Source: a virus
Strand: one strand, 5' to 3'
IMG/VR virus record: IMGVR_UViG_3300049442_000178
Length of the DNA: 40,347 bases
In this document: piece by piece, positions 8,538 through 17,429 of the stretch
Layout of the letters: each line of letters begins with the position of its first letter
Position numbering within the stretch: position 1 is the first letter of the stretch
Program-made: the position numbers and the translations under genes
The notes under the pieces: model-generated
Database searches by the model: none
Seen by the model: only the letters and a program-made list of their open reading frames with translations
Told to the model about the DNA's origin: nothing

Positions 8538-8613
8538 GGAGTGCTTGCACCCACTGGAGGGCGGGAAGTGCCGTCGCTTGGCTGACGCCGGATCCGGGAG
8601 TGCTTGCACCCAC
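8538..8613 (+). repeat. Two copies of the 17-mer GGAGTGCTTGCACCCAC (8538-8554 and 8597-8613) in the 208-nt leader of the capsid gene.
   Basis: Read directly. Each copy contains the near-palindrome GTGC-TT-GCAC. This is the largest non-coding gap in the late block. Confidence 0.8.
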
Positions 8614-8703
8614 CCGGGCCACCCGCCGCCATCCCATTGCGAAACCCCGGCGTCGCATCTCGCGTCGCCCCTTTGGTTTCATACGTAGCAATGGAGATAC
8701 GGC

Positions 8704-9687
8704 ATGGCCGTTGGCGCACAGGGTGCAGCACCCTCAGGTACATACGTCGAGACAGCCGCGATCGGGGTCAAAGAGGATCTCGCCGATATCATCTACCGCA
8801 TCGATCCCGACGAGACGCCGCTGGTGTCGGCCGTGTCGAGAGTCGGCGCCTCGCAGGTTCTTACCGAGTGGCTGATTCAGGAACTCAATGCGGCGTCGGA
8901 TAACGCGCAGCCGGAAGGCTTCACCGCCGTCATGCAGACGGTGCTCAAGCCGGTGCGTCTCAACAATGTGTGCCAAATCCTGGCGCGGACGGTCGGCGTG
9001 TCGAATACGCTGCGCAGCGTGGATATGGCGGGCGGGGAAGATGAATATAATCGCCAGCTGATCCTGCGCGGCATGGAGGTGAAACGCGATCTCGAACTGA
9101 TCGTGACTTCCCCGCTGGTGCGGACGATTACGGATCCGCGGCACATGTCGGGCCTCCCGTGCTATTGCGTCAATGGCTCGCGCGGCACCGGCGCCGGCGT
9201 CATGCCGATCGGCGACGGCTCTAACGCCGGCACGCTCGGCACGCTGCGCGATCTCGATCTGGCTACCGTCAATGCGGCCGTGCAGGCAGCCTGGCAGGCA
9301 GGTGGGAAGCCGACATTGGCGATCATGAGCGGCAATATTAAGAATTACTTCAGCACGCTCTCGCAGGGGGGCACCGCGAATCCGATTGTGGCCCAGAATA
9401 TCCAGAACGTCACCAGCCGCGAGGGCGTCACCATCATGGGCGCCGTGGATGTTTACAGGACGAATTTCGGCGCGCTCCAACTCGCCCCGGATCGCTTCTG
9501 CCCGCTGCACCAGATTCTGCTCGTGTCGCCCGACTATCTCGAAATCGCCCCGCTGCCCGAACGCGACATGGTCCAGCAGGATTATGCGGTCACCGGCGAT
9601 AACTCTCAGGGCGGCGTCGTCTTCGAAGGCACCATCCGGCCAACCGCACCCAAGGCCCATGCCTGGATCGCGGATCTCAATCAGTGA
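8704..9687 (+). CDS. Major capsid protein (DUF5309 / SU10-type, HK97-fold family).
   Basis: GGAG 9 nt upstream of the ATG. N-terminal pattern KEDLADIIYRIDPDETPLVSAV...TEWLIQEL is typical of the DUF5309 coat family. 327 aa, directly after the scaffold gene. Confidence 0.75.
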   Translation: MAVGAQGAAPSGTYVETAAIGVKEDLADIIYRIDPDETPLVSAVSRVGASQVLTEWLIQELNAASDNAQPEGFTAVMQTVLKPVRLNNVCQILARTVGVSNTLRSVDMAGGEDEYNRQLILRGMEVKRDLELIVTSPLVRTITDPRHMSGLPCYCVNGSRGTGAGVMPIGDGSNAGTLGTLRDLDLATVNAAVQAAWQAGGKPTLAIMSGNIKNYFSTLSQGGTANPIVAQNIQNVTSREGVTIMGAVDVYRTNFGALQLAPDRFCPLHQILLVSPDYLEIAPLPERDMVQQDYAVTGDNSQGGVVFEGTIRPTAPKAHAWIADLNQ

Positions 9688-10004
9688 CGAGTCAGCCGCT
9701 CTATCACCGCTACGATCCGGTCACCCAGCGATCGACCGAGATCGAAACCGACCCCGAGGCGGGCCTCGTCATCTGGCACACCCAAGGCGTGCGCGACATC
9801 GTCGAGGACTGCAAACGACAGGCCTCGAATTTCGACAAGCACGCGAAACGCCCCGACGGTTTCACCAAGGTGGCCAGCATCCCGCTGGTGATCTGGCGCC
9901 AACTGCAGAAGCTCGGAATCACCAATGATGAGAAGGCGCTGAATGCGTGGCTCGACAACCGCGACAATCGCGTTTTCCGCACCGATGATGGAAGGAAATT
10001 GTGA
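9684..10004 (+). CDS. Hypothetical virion-module protein (106 aa).
   Basis: GTGA overlap with the capsid gene. Protein-like composition. Confidence 0.6.
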   Translation: MTSQPLYHRYDPVTQRSTEIETDPEAGLVIWHTQGVRDIVEDCKRQASNFDKHAKRPDGFTKVASIPLVIWRQLQKLGITNDEKALNAWLDNRDNRVFRTDDGRKL

Positions 10005-10387
10005 TGGCATCCCAAACCAGCGAACACTCCCACCCCGTGGCGCGGCAGGGACCCGGCACCCACGCGGTTAAGCCCGCTCCCCAGGCCGTGCCGATCCTGG
10101 CCGACGATATCGACCCGGTGCTGCTCGTCCGCCTGTATCCGGACGAAGTGAACCTGGCCGGCGCTAAGACCGCGGCGCTCGCGGCCGGAAACGCAACCAT
10201 GGCCGCCGGCGCCGAATTGGAGTTGTCACGGATCGAGTTCGATCCCGCCGCAACCGGTGCGCAGCGAAAGGAGGCGGCCGTCGCAAGGGCGCAGGCCGGG
10301 GTCAAGGCCGCCGCAGAGCACGGGACGCCACAGGATAAGGAAGCGGCGGCAGCCGAACTCAAACGCGCCCAGGCGCTGCCAGGGTGA
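10004..10387 (+). CDS. Hypothetical virion-module protein (127 aa).
   Basis: TGATG overlap with the previous gene and GGAAGGA upstream. Ala-rich C-terminal helix. Confidence 0.55.
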   Translation: MASQTSEHSHPVARQGPGTHAVKPAPQAVPILADDIDPVLLVRLYPDEVNLAGAKTAALAAGNATMAAGAELELSRIEFDPAATGAQRKEAAVARAQAGVKAAAEHGTPQDKEAAAAELKRAQALPG

Positions 10388-10390
10388 TCA

Positions 10391-11023
10391 GTGGCGACCT
10401 ATGCGCAGCTGAAGCAGGACGTTGCCGCCTGGCTTAATCGCCGCGACATCAACCCACTCATCCCCGGCTGGGTGGCGATGGTCGACACCGAAATCGCGGA
10501 AACGCTGCGCGCCCGCTGCATGGTCGTGTTCGGAACGCAGGCCATCACCAGCGCCTATCTCACCATGCCGCCCGACTTCTGCACCATGGAGAGCATTCGC
10601 GACAATACCACCGGCGAACTGTTCATACTGAAGGACGAGTGGAGCGGGCACTGGGCCGCCGCCGACTTCAACACAGGGACCCCCTGTACCGCGTATCGGC
10701 TCCTGCACGACTGCATCGAGTTTCTGCCTCACCCGCCCGATCCGCTTCCCGCAGGGTGGCAACCGCAAACTGCTCGTATGGGCTGGTACGCGAGGCCGCA
10801 GCCCCTCGTGAACGACACCGACACGAACACGGTGCTGGAGGCGCTCTATGCGGTCTACCTGTTCGGAGTCTGCAAATACGGCGCGATGTTTGAACTGGAC
10901 GATGACCGTGCATCGCAGATGGATGCCGCGTGGCAGCAGGCCGTCACCAGGGCTAACATGTGGAAACAGCAGAGCGACTACAGCGGCGCGCCGTTCACGT
11001 CGGAACTAGCAACGGTATTTTGA
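10391..11023 (+). CDS. Putative head-tail adaptor / head completion protein.
   Basis: The N-terminus YAQLKQDVAAWLNRRDINPLIPGWVAMVDTEIAETLRARCM resembles adaptor proteins I have seen after capsid genes. The function is assigned from position and this motif only. Confidence 0.4.
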   Translation: MATYAQLKQDVAAWLNRRDINPLIPGWVAMVDTEIAETLRARCMVVFGTQAITSAYLTMPPDFCTMESIRDNTTGELFILKDEWSGHWAAADFNTGTPCTAYRLLHDCIEFLPHPPDPLPAGWQPQTARMGWYARPQPLVNDTDTNTVLEALYAVYLFGVCKYGAMFELDDDRASQMDAAWQQAVTRANMWKQQSDYSGAPFTSELATVF

Positions 11024-11035
11024 GGAATTAAGCGC

Positions 11036-11590
11036 ATGGATACCGAACGCGGCAATGCCCAGGACTTCGCAGGGGCAACGGTCACTCTTGGCGACAGCAT
11101 CGATGAACGAGCCGGCCTGACCGGTGTGTGGCGCGTCGAGATATTCGATGCCGACGGCGTGTTGCAATGGGATGAGACGCTGGAAAATCTGATTACCACA
11201 CAAGGCAAGAACGACATGCTCAGCATCTACACGCTGGGAACGTTTGCGCCGATCTTCGCCAGTGCGTTTACGGGTGCCACGTCTCCATCCGCTGCGGCCA
11301 CGTATCTCGCCCCCGTGGTGACGGAGGTTACTCCTGCTCAGTTGGCCGCACGCGTCTCGCTGACGTGGGGAGCAGCGTCAGCCGGTGCGATTGTGGGTAC
11401 TGCTGCATTGAACATCACCGCCAATGCAACGCTCACCGGCATCATGGCGATGAAGGGGGCTTCCGGCATCGCCACGCCCGGCAATACAGCGGCGGCCGGC
11501 GGCGTGCTGCTGTCCGAGGGCGCGCTCGGCACGGCGCAGGTGATCAGTACGACGGGCACGGTCAATCTCTCCTACACGCTGAGTGTGTGA
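11036..11590 (+). CDS. Hypothetical structural protein (184 aa).
   Basis: ORF in the virion block with good codon bias. No domain recognised. Confidence 0.55.
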   Translation: MDTERGNAQDFAGATVTLGDSIDERAGLTGVWRVEIFDADGVLQWDETLENLITTQGKNDMLSIYTLGTFAPIFASAFTGATSPSAAATYLAPVVTEVTPAQLAARVSLTWGAASAGAIVGTAALNITANATLTGIMAMKGASGIATPGNTAAAGGVLLSEGALGTAQVISTTGTVNLSYTLSV

Positions 11591-11940
11591 TGGCAAAGAA
11601 AATCATCGTGCTTGAGCGTGTCGGCGAGCCATCGGATGACAGCTACAATTATGTATTCTGGGCGAGTGTGCCGACCGGGCGCGAGCCCGCATATGCCAAT
11701 GCGGCGAAGGTCAGCGCGTATAAGGACGCGACGCCAGAGGAGCTGACTGCGCTACAGGATGGCACCGTTGTCGAGCGCACCGGAACGTTGGCTTATCCTG
11801 CCGGCGGCAGCGGCAACTTCAAGCAGGACCTGCAACGGTTGTTCAACGAGTTTCAATCCGAGATCAACAAAGCCAATCCATGGGTACGTTACGGAACCAG
11901 CTACGACGGCACGACGTGGACTAATGCGGGGACACCGTAA
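11590..11940 (+). CDS. Hypothetical structural protein (116 aa).
   Basis: ATG 11590 overlaps the upstream TGA (TGATG). The sequence upstream within ORF 11365..11940 is off-frame-looking. Confidence 0.55.
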   Translation: MAKKIIVLERVGEPSDDSYNYVFWASVPTGREPAYANAAKVSAYKDATPEELTALQDGTVVERTGTLAYPAGGSGNFKQDLQRLFNEFQSEINKANPWVRYGTSYDGTTWTNAGTP

Positions 11941-12428
11941 TGACCACCAACAAGATCAGCTATGGCACCAGCACTGCAATTACCTGCACGTTCGCGTCGC
12001 TGGCGACCTCGGCAACGGCGGGGCAGAGCTGCGCGTCGGTCGATAACGGCACAAATCTCTACGACGATGCGATGCTGACCATCGGCGTCAAAACCAACGC
12101 CGCTGCACTGGGCAACGACAAGGCTTGCTACATCTACCTTTACGGCTCGGAGGACGGAACGACGTTCAGCTCGACCAGCGAGGTGGTGGGCACGAATGCA
12201 GCGGTGACGTTCGACAATCCCACCAATCTCAAGGGGCCGTATGTTCTAGCGTGTCCCGCCTCTGCACAGACTTACCGGCTGGTGATCGGTTCGATTGCAT
12301 CGGCATTCGGCGGGATCATGCCGCGTAAATGGGGATTTGTGATCCAGAACTACACCGGACAAATTCTCGATGCGACGGAGGGTAATCACCAGAAAACTTA
12401 CACCGGCATAGCGTATACGGACGCCTGA
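11940..12428 (+). CDS. Hypothetical structural protein (162 aa).
   Basis: TAATG overlap with the previous gene. Beta-rich composition. Confidence 0.55.
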   Translation: MTTNKISYGTSTAITCTFASLATSATAGQSCASVDNGTNLYDDAMLTIGVKTNAAALGNDKACYIYLYGSEDGTTFSSTSEVVGTNAAVTFDNPTNLKGPYVLACPASAQTYRLVIGSIASAFGGIMPRKWGFVIQNYTGQILDATEGNHQKTYTGIAYTDA

Positions 12429-12431
12429 TCC

Positions 12432-13916
12432 ATGCTCTATCGTCCGCGCATATGGCAGGGACAGCCGTGGCCCGGCGCGCCGATCGAGATCAATCGCTCG
12501 CATCCTCTGGCCCGCGCCGTCTCGTGTGTGACGCTGTTCGGCCAGAACGGTCGGGTGCGGACGCTGTTTCCGAACCAAAAGAGAAGCCTCGGTGCGGCTG
12601 ACTTACAGGGTGCCGCGACAATAACAAAGGCCGCCAAGGGTCTGGGTCTGCGCTGCACCGCAAACGGGCAGTTCTGGGGAAGCCCGGCGTCCACCAATCA
12701 ACCGAACGACGGCTCGATGACATACTCGCTGCCGACTGTCGGCAGCATCCTGATCCACCTCACGGCATCGCACGCTGCGAACAACAGCACGTTTAGGTAT
12801 CTGTTTGAGATGGGGCCCGACGGGCTGTTCGGGTCGCAAAACGGATCTTTCGTTCTGCTCCACTACAACGACAACACTATCTATTTCGGCTGGACGGCGA
12901 CGGTTGCCAATCGAGCGACCTATTTGAGCACCAGCGCAACCGATCCTTACGGTGCCGGTGATACGTTTACGATCGGCGGTTCATGGTCGGCCAGCCAGAC
13001 GCGCCTTTATTGCAAGGGGCGTTTTCTCGCGAACAATACGAGCGCACCGACGCCATGGAGCACGGCAGGTTCGTATCTTAAGGTCAACGGCGAAGTAAGT
13101 TTTTTCGCCAATCTCCCGTTTACACAGGCCGCAAACAACGGCGCAGTTTATTCGTTCGTGGTCTGGGATCGCGTCCTGACGGACGCCGAGTTCGCCGAGG
13201 CAAATGCCGACATCTACGCTTTCCTGCGTCCCGTCAAACGGTGGCGCGGAGCCACGCTACCGCCGAGTGGCTTCCCCGTCAGCATCACCGAAACCGGCGC
13301 TGCCGCCGACGCATTCTCGGTCACCGTCGCGGGGCCGTTCGCCGCTGCGATCACCGAGACGGGCGCGGCAACGGATGCCGCCACGCTCACCAGCGTTCGC
13401 AGCATTGCCATTGCCGAACCCGGCGCTGCAACCGATGCATTCGCCCTCACCAGCACCCGCGCCGTCGCCGTCGCCGAAACCGGAGCGGCGACCGAGACGT
13501 TCACCGCGGTCATCGCCGGCGCGGGGGCGGCTGTCGGCGTCACTGAGGCAGGCTCGGCTACCGATGCCTCGACACTTACCAGCACCCGCGCCGTTGCCCT
13601 CGCTGAGGCCGGCGCCGCCGCCGATAGCTTCGCCGCGGTCATCGCCGGCCAGTCTTTTGTCGCGCTCGCCGAAAGCGGTATCGCCTTCGACGCCTTCTCT
13701 GTGCAGATCTCCGGGATACCCGTCTATCCGGGAGGCTGGATGCCCGTGGAGGCCTGCAAAGCCGGCGCCCGGGCTTACGGGACCGGGCCTTACGGAATGG
13801 GGCTCTATTCACGCAATAGACCCGGCGACTGGCCTGCGCTGAAGCCGTGCGAACCGGGCATTTGGCAATTGATTCCGGGTTGCGGCGAACCCACGACAAC
13901 GAGGCAACGGCTATGA
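12432..13916 (+). CDS. Tail fibre-like protein with a LamG/concanavalin-like jelly-roll domain and a C-terminal array of 7 repeats of about 20-22 aa.
   Basis: LamG-like ending AVYSFVVWDRVLTDAEFAE. The repeats are I/V-[TA]-E-x-G-A-A-x-D-A-F/x-x-L/V-T. The C-terminus carries YGTGPYGMGLYSR. Confidence 0.6.
   Translation: MLYRPRIWQGQPWPGAPIEINRSHPLARAVSCVTLFGQNGRVRTLFPNQKRSLGAADLQGAATITKAAKGLGLRCTANGQFWGSPASTNQPNDGSMTYSLPTVGSILIHLTASHAANNSTFRYLFEMGPDGLFGSQNGSFVLLHYNDNTIYFGWTATVANRATYLSTSATDPYGAGDTFTIGGSWSASQTRLYCKGRFLANNTSAPTPWSTAGSYLKVNGEVSFFANLPFTQAANNGAVYSFVVWDRVLTDAEFAEANADIYAFLRPVKRWRGATLPPSGFPVSITETGAAADAFSVTVAGPFAAAITETGAATDAATLTSVRSIAIAEPGAATDAFALTSTRAVAVAETGAATETFTAVIAGAGAAVGVTEAGSATDASTLTSTRAVALAEAGAAADSFAAVIAGQSFVALAESGIAFDAFSVQISGIPVYPGGWMPVEACKAGARAYGTGPYGMGLYSRNRPGDWPALKPCEPGIWQLIPGCGEPTTTRQRL
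13284..13715 (+). repeat. In-frame tandem repeat, 7 units of 60-66 nt, inside CDS 12432..13916.
   Basis: Units start ITETGAAADAFSV, ITETGAATDAATL, IAEPGAATDAFAL, VAETGAATETFTA, VTEAGSATDASTL, LAEAGAAADSFAA, LAESGIAFDAFSV. Confidence 0.8.
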
Positions 13917-16900
13917 GCGGCAATTTCACGACCACACCGAACTACGGACTCTATAAGCCTACGCCCAACGCCGACTATGACGTGTGGGGCGACCATCTCA
14001 ACGCCAATGCGGATACGCTCGACTCGCTTATTGGAACTCTATCCGCCAGCACCGGCAGCGGCGTTTTCGGCGTAGACGCCTATGGCGCAAAGGGGGATCG
14101 CCAGCAGTATTCCGGCGCGCTGACGGTCGCGGCCGGAACCAATCCAACGCTCACTATCGCCGGCGCGGATCTGAGTGCGGTTGTGCCCGGGCAGCTCGTT
14201 GTGCTGCCGCTGGGCGGCGCTTCGGGCGCCGGGGTCAAGGCCGCGGTCGCGTCGGTCAATGTTGCCGCTCATCAGATCCTTCTTACGGGCAGTGTGGCCA
14301 CGGCGCTCACGGGCATTGCGTATCAGGCGAGCGGCAGCCCCGCCATTGCGATGACCGGCAGTCCCCCTGTTCCAATGGCGGGAACAGGCGTGACGCCACT
14401 GGATGTCTACACGCTGGTCGGTGGGGCATCCGTAGTCGCCGCTCAAGTGACGGTGCAAACCACGACGGTCGTCAAGGTCGTCGCAGTTAACACGGCTGGT
14501 TCCGGCGGTATCGCCGGCACCTATACTTTTATCGGCACATCGCCAGGGGCCACTAAATTCCAGTTTACAGGCACGATCAGTGGCGGTGTGCTCGCCGGAT
14601 TTTCCAATGTCACGCCGACGGTCGGTGGTTCCTATCAGAAAAACCCCCCTGCACTGCAGGCGGAGCCGATTGTTGACGTGAACGGGGTCAGCGGCCTGAC
14701 TGGTGCAACCGTCATCCTCTCAATGGGCGCGAACAGCACGCAAATTCAATTCCAGGCATCGACGATAGCGAACGTCACCAGAGCGGGCGGATACTCGACT
14801 CTCCCTCCCGATCTCGCTCACGTAGCCACAACGGGTCCGGGCACGGGCGTTGTCTTCGATATGACGGGGAGGTGGTTCGCGCCGACCGTGGTGATCGGCA
14901 CCGACAATGCGCCTGCCATCAACGCGGCCAGAAATGCGCTGGTGGCACAGGGGTTTGTGGATGCTGTCGGAAGGCCGGCCGCAAGAGCGACGCTCGTGTT
15001 TTCATCGGGTGGCGACTATCTCGTCAATGGCCCGCTGAATTTCACCAGCATTTCAAATCTGGCCATCAACGGCAATCGCGCCCGCATCTACTCGTGCGCA
15101 GCCGGCAAGCCGATATTCGATGCGCTTGATACCCAGAATGTCGCATTTACCAATATGTCGATCACTGGCGATGCCACGTTCCCGCCGCGCTGGGCGTTCC
15201 AGTATGGCCGGATTTCCAATACCATCGTTGCTCCAGCCAACACATTCGATCAGCTCTTCATCGGCGGGACATTCGTTGATGCCGGCTTCGACTACAATTG
15301 CTGCTCTGAAGCTATTAACATGGGGTTGGTACGAGGGAATTTTATCGCCCCTTACGGTCGCATCGAGGACGCTGCAAATTCCAGCTTCTGGAACGTTACG
15401 TCGGATTTCGTCACCAGCGCCATGACTGATGACCATGCGCAGCCTTTCGAGGGGGGCAATCCCGGTCAGGTGTCGCTGATCAATGAACATCCCAACGGTT
15501 GCGGCGTGTGGATGCTGGGCGGTTCGATCCATGCCTATGACAATTCCTATTTCTTCTGCCACCAGGATGTCTTCGTCATTATCGTGTCCTCGCTCGCTTC
15601 TGTTGCAACAGGGTTGCAGGCACCGAATTGCCACATCGAGGGGGCGCGCCGTGCAGTTGTGTTCCGTAAAGGACCGACAAGCGGCTACGGCGTTCCGCGG
15701 TTTGATCGGTTCGTATTCAGCGACAGCGGTTGTTATGTCACCGAGAACCTATTCGGCGTTACCGAGACGGGAATTGTCCATGTAAGAGTGTTTAACAGCG
15801 ACATAACCGTAGGGTTTGGCAGCCCCACCGCGGGGTATTTTGACGACGAAAGCATGGTGACGCACTCATCCATCATTGTAGGCGCGGATGGAGGGGTAGT
15901 CGGCCGGTGGCAGCAAAATGTTCCGGCGGATATGACTGGTCTCGCGCTCCTCACCGGCTCAGACGCTCCGGAGTTGTTCGCATACAACCTGGTGGCGCAA
16001 ACCGATACCGACATCAACGGTCAGCTATCGGTAAGCGGCCCGGCTCAGACGGCTGGTCAGTTGAGCGTCTCGGACGGCACGGTGGCATCGATCACCGTCA
16101 ATACGTTTGGTTTTTACACCAATCCCGATTATCCGACAGTGACGATTGATCCGTCGCCCGGCGTTTCGGCAATTGCGTCGGTCACTGCGATGCAGTGGCT
16201 CAGCGACATGCACGTCGTCGCAGGCGGATCAGGGTATGCCGTCAATAACATCGTCTCGTTTAATCCCGTGCACGGCACCCACAGCATCGTGGCCAAGCTG
16301 CGTGTCACGGGCGTGGACGGCTCCGGGGCCGTCACCTCGTTTGTCGGATATGATCCCGGCGCCTATTCGGCATATCCGCCTGTCGGGGCTACGACGACAA
16401 CGGGCGGCAGCGGTACCGGCCTCGTCATCAGTCCGCTGGACTGGGGGGTGCGTAAAGATGCGGCCGGAACCGGCGTCACGGTAACTACCCCTGGCAGTGG
16501 CTATACGTCGTTTCCGGATGCCACTTTCTCGGCTCCGGTGAACGGCGCGAGTGCAGCGCGCGGCACTGTCGTGATGGGCAAGGCCTGGTCAGCCGACAGC
16601 GCGAGCTCCGTCTTTAATGTTCCAACCACTGCGTCAGCCGATATCACTTGGACGAATGGCGGCCCGGTATCAAACCATGCCATCATTGGCGATGGCACGA
16701 ATGCCGGGTTCGTACAATTCAACGGTCCATCTGGTACCGGGGGGTTCTTGCAATTCCGTACAGGAGATTTTAGTGCTGGTTCAGCCGCTGTACGTTGGAT
16801 GCTGCAGAACAAGATTACCGAGGCCACGAGCAATGCCGGCTCAAATCTTGTCTTGTCTTCATTCTCTAATACGGGAACGTTCATCAGGGACACGTTTACC

Positions 16901-17074
16901 ATTACACGCAGTAATAGTAGCTTCCAGTTGTCTTCCAGCTTCAGCGTTTGGAATGCAACGCCTCCCGCTTCTAAACCCGCAGTGACAGGCTCGAGAGGAG
17001 GGAACGCTGCCGTCGCGTCATTGATCACCGCACTGGCAAGCTATGGCTTGATAACTGACAGCACGACGGCATGA
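13913..17074 (+). CDS. Tailspike / tail fibre with right-handed beta-helix (pectate-lyase-like) domains; possible polysaccharide depolymerase.
   Basis: ATGA overlap at 13913. N-terminus TTPNYGLYKPTPNADYDVWGDHLNANADTLDSL is the common fibre N-terminal adaptor motif. GVDAYGAKGDRQ is a pectate-lyase-type start. The later segment INAARNALV...LVFSSGGDYLVNGPLNFTSISNLAINGN is typical of beta-helix. 1053 aa. Confidence 0.7.
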   Translation: MSGNFTTTPNYGLYKPTPNADYDVWGDHLNANADTLDSLIGTLSASTGSGVFGVDAYGAKGDRQQYSGALTVAAGTNPTLTIAGADLSAVVPGQLVVLPLGGASGAGVKAAVASVNVAAHQILLTGSVATALTGIAYQASGSPAIAMTGSPPVPMAGTGVTPLDVYTLVGGASVVAAQVTVQTTTVVKVVAVNTAGSGGIAGTYTFIGTSPGATKFQFTGTISGGVLAGFSNVTPTVGGSYQKNPPALQAEPIVDVNGVSGLTGATVILSMGANSTQIQFQASTIANVTRAGGYSTLPPDLAHVATTGPGTGVVFDMTGRWFAPTVVIGTDNAPAINAARNALVAQGFVDAVGRPAARATLVFSSGGDYLVNGPLNFTSISNLAINGNRARIYSCAAGKPIFDALDTQNVAFTNMSITGDATFPPRWAFQYGRISNTIVAPANTFDQLFIGGTFVDAGFDYNCCSEAINMGLVRGNFIAPYGRIEDAANSSFWNVTSDFVTSAMTDDHAQPFEGGNPGQVSLINEHPNGCGVWMLGGSIHAYDNSYFFCHQDVFVIIVSSLASVATGLQAPNCHIEGARRAVVFRKGPTSGYGVPRFDRFVFSDSGCYVTENLFGVTETGIVHVRVFNSDITVGFGSPTAGYFDDESMVTHSSIIVGADGGVVGRWQQNVPADMTGLALLTGSDAPELFAYNLVAQTDTDINGQLSVSGPAQTAGQLSVSDGTVASITVNTFGFYTNPDYPTVTIDPSPGVSAIASVTAMQWLSDMHVVAGGSGYAVNNIVSFNPVHGTHSIVAKLRVTGVDGSGAVTSFVGYDPGAYSAYPPVGATTTTGGSGTGLVISPLDWGVRKDAAGTGVTVTTPGSGYTSFPDATFSAPVNGASAARGTVVMGKAWSADSASSVFNVPTTASADITWTNGGPVSNHAIIGDGTNAGFVQFNGPSGTGGFLQFRTGDFSAGSAAVRWMLQNKITEATSNAGSNLVLSSFSNTGTFIRDTFTITRSNSSFQLSSSFSVWNATPPASKPAVTGSRGGNAAVASLITALASYGLITDSTTA

Positions 17075-17099
17075 CGACAACGGAAGGGACAACAGGTTG

Positions 17100-17420
17100 A
17101 TGGCAACTACAGCAGGCCAAATGTCACAAACGCCGCCGGGCGATCCGCAGTGGAAAGCCTGCGACGGGAAATACTATTTCGGCTACGCGAACCTGCCGGC
17201 TCCGCCGCGACCGCACACGATCGCGCCCAGCGTCGGCACCTATCGCGATTACTGGCGCAGGAACATGGGATTCGCGCGGACCCGTGGCATCGGCGGGTGG
17301 ATGATCGGGGTGCCCTACGACCCGGCAGCAACGTGGTTCGTGTCCCTGGCCGACGACAGCGTCGAGACGACTCTGGTGACGCCGCCGACCGTCCAGAAAC
17401 CGCCCGCTGGTGTGAAATAG
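17100..17420 (+). CDS. Hypothetical protein (106 aa).
   Basis: ORF in the tail block with GGAAGGG upstream. No domain recognised. Confidence 0.5.
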   Translation: MATTAGQMSQTPPGDPQWKACDGKYYFGYANLPAPPRPHTIAPSVGTYRDYWRRNMGFARTRGIGGWMIGVPYDPAATWFVSLADDSVETTLVTPPTVQKPPAGVK

Positions 17421-17429
17421 GGGGCCGCA

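Noticed and set aside
8538-8554. Sigma-54 type (-24/-12) promoter in the 17-mer GGAGTGCTTGCACCCAC.
   Set aside because: GG and GC are only 8 nt apart instead of the required spacing of about 12 nt, and there is no TGGCAC.
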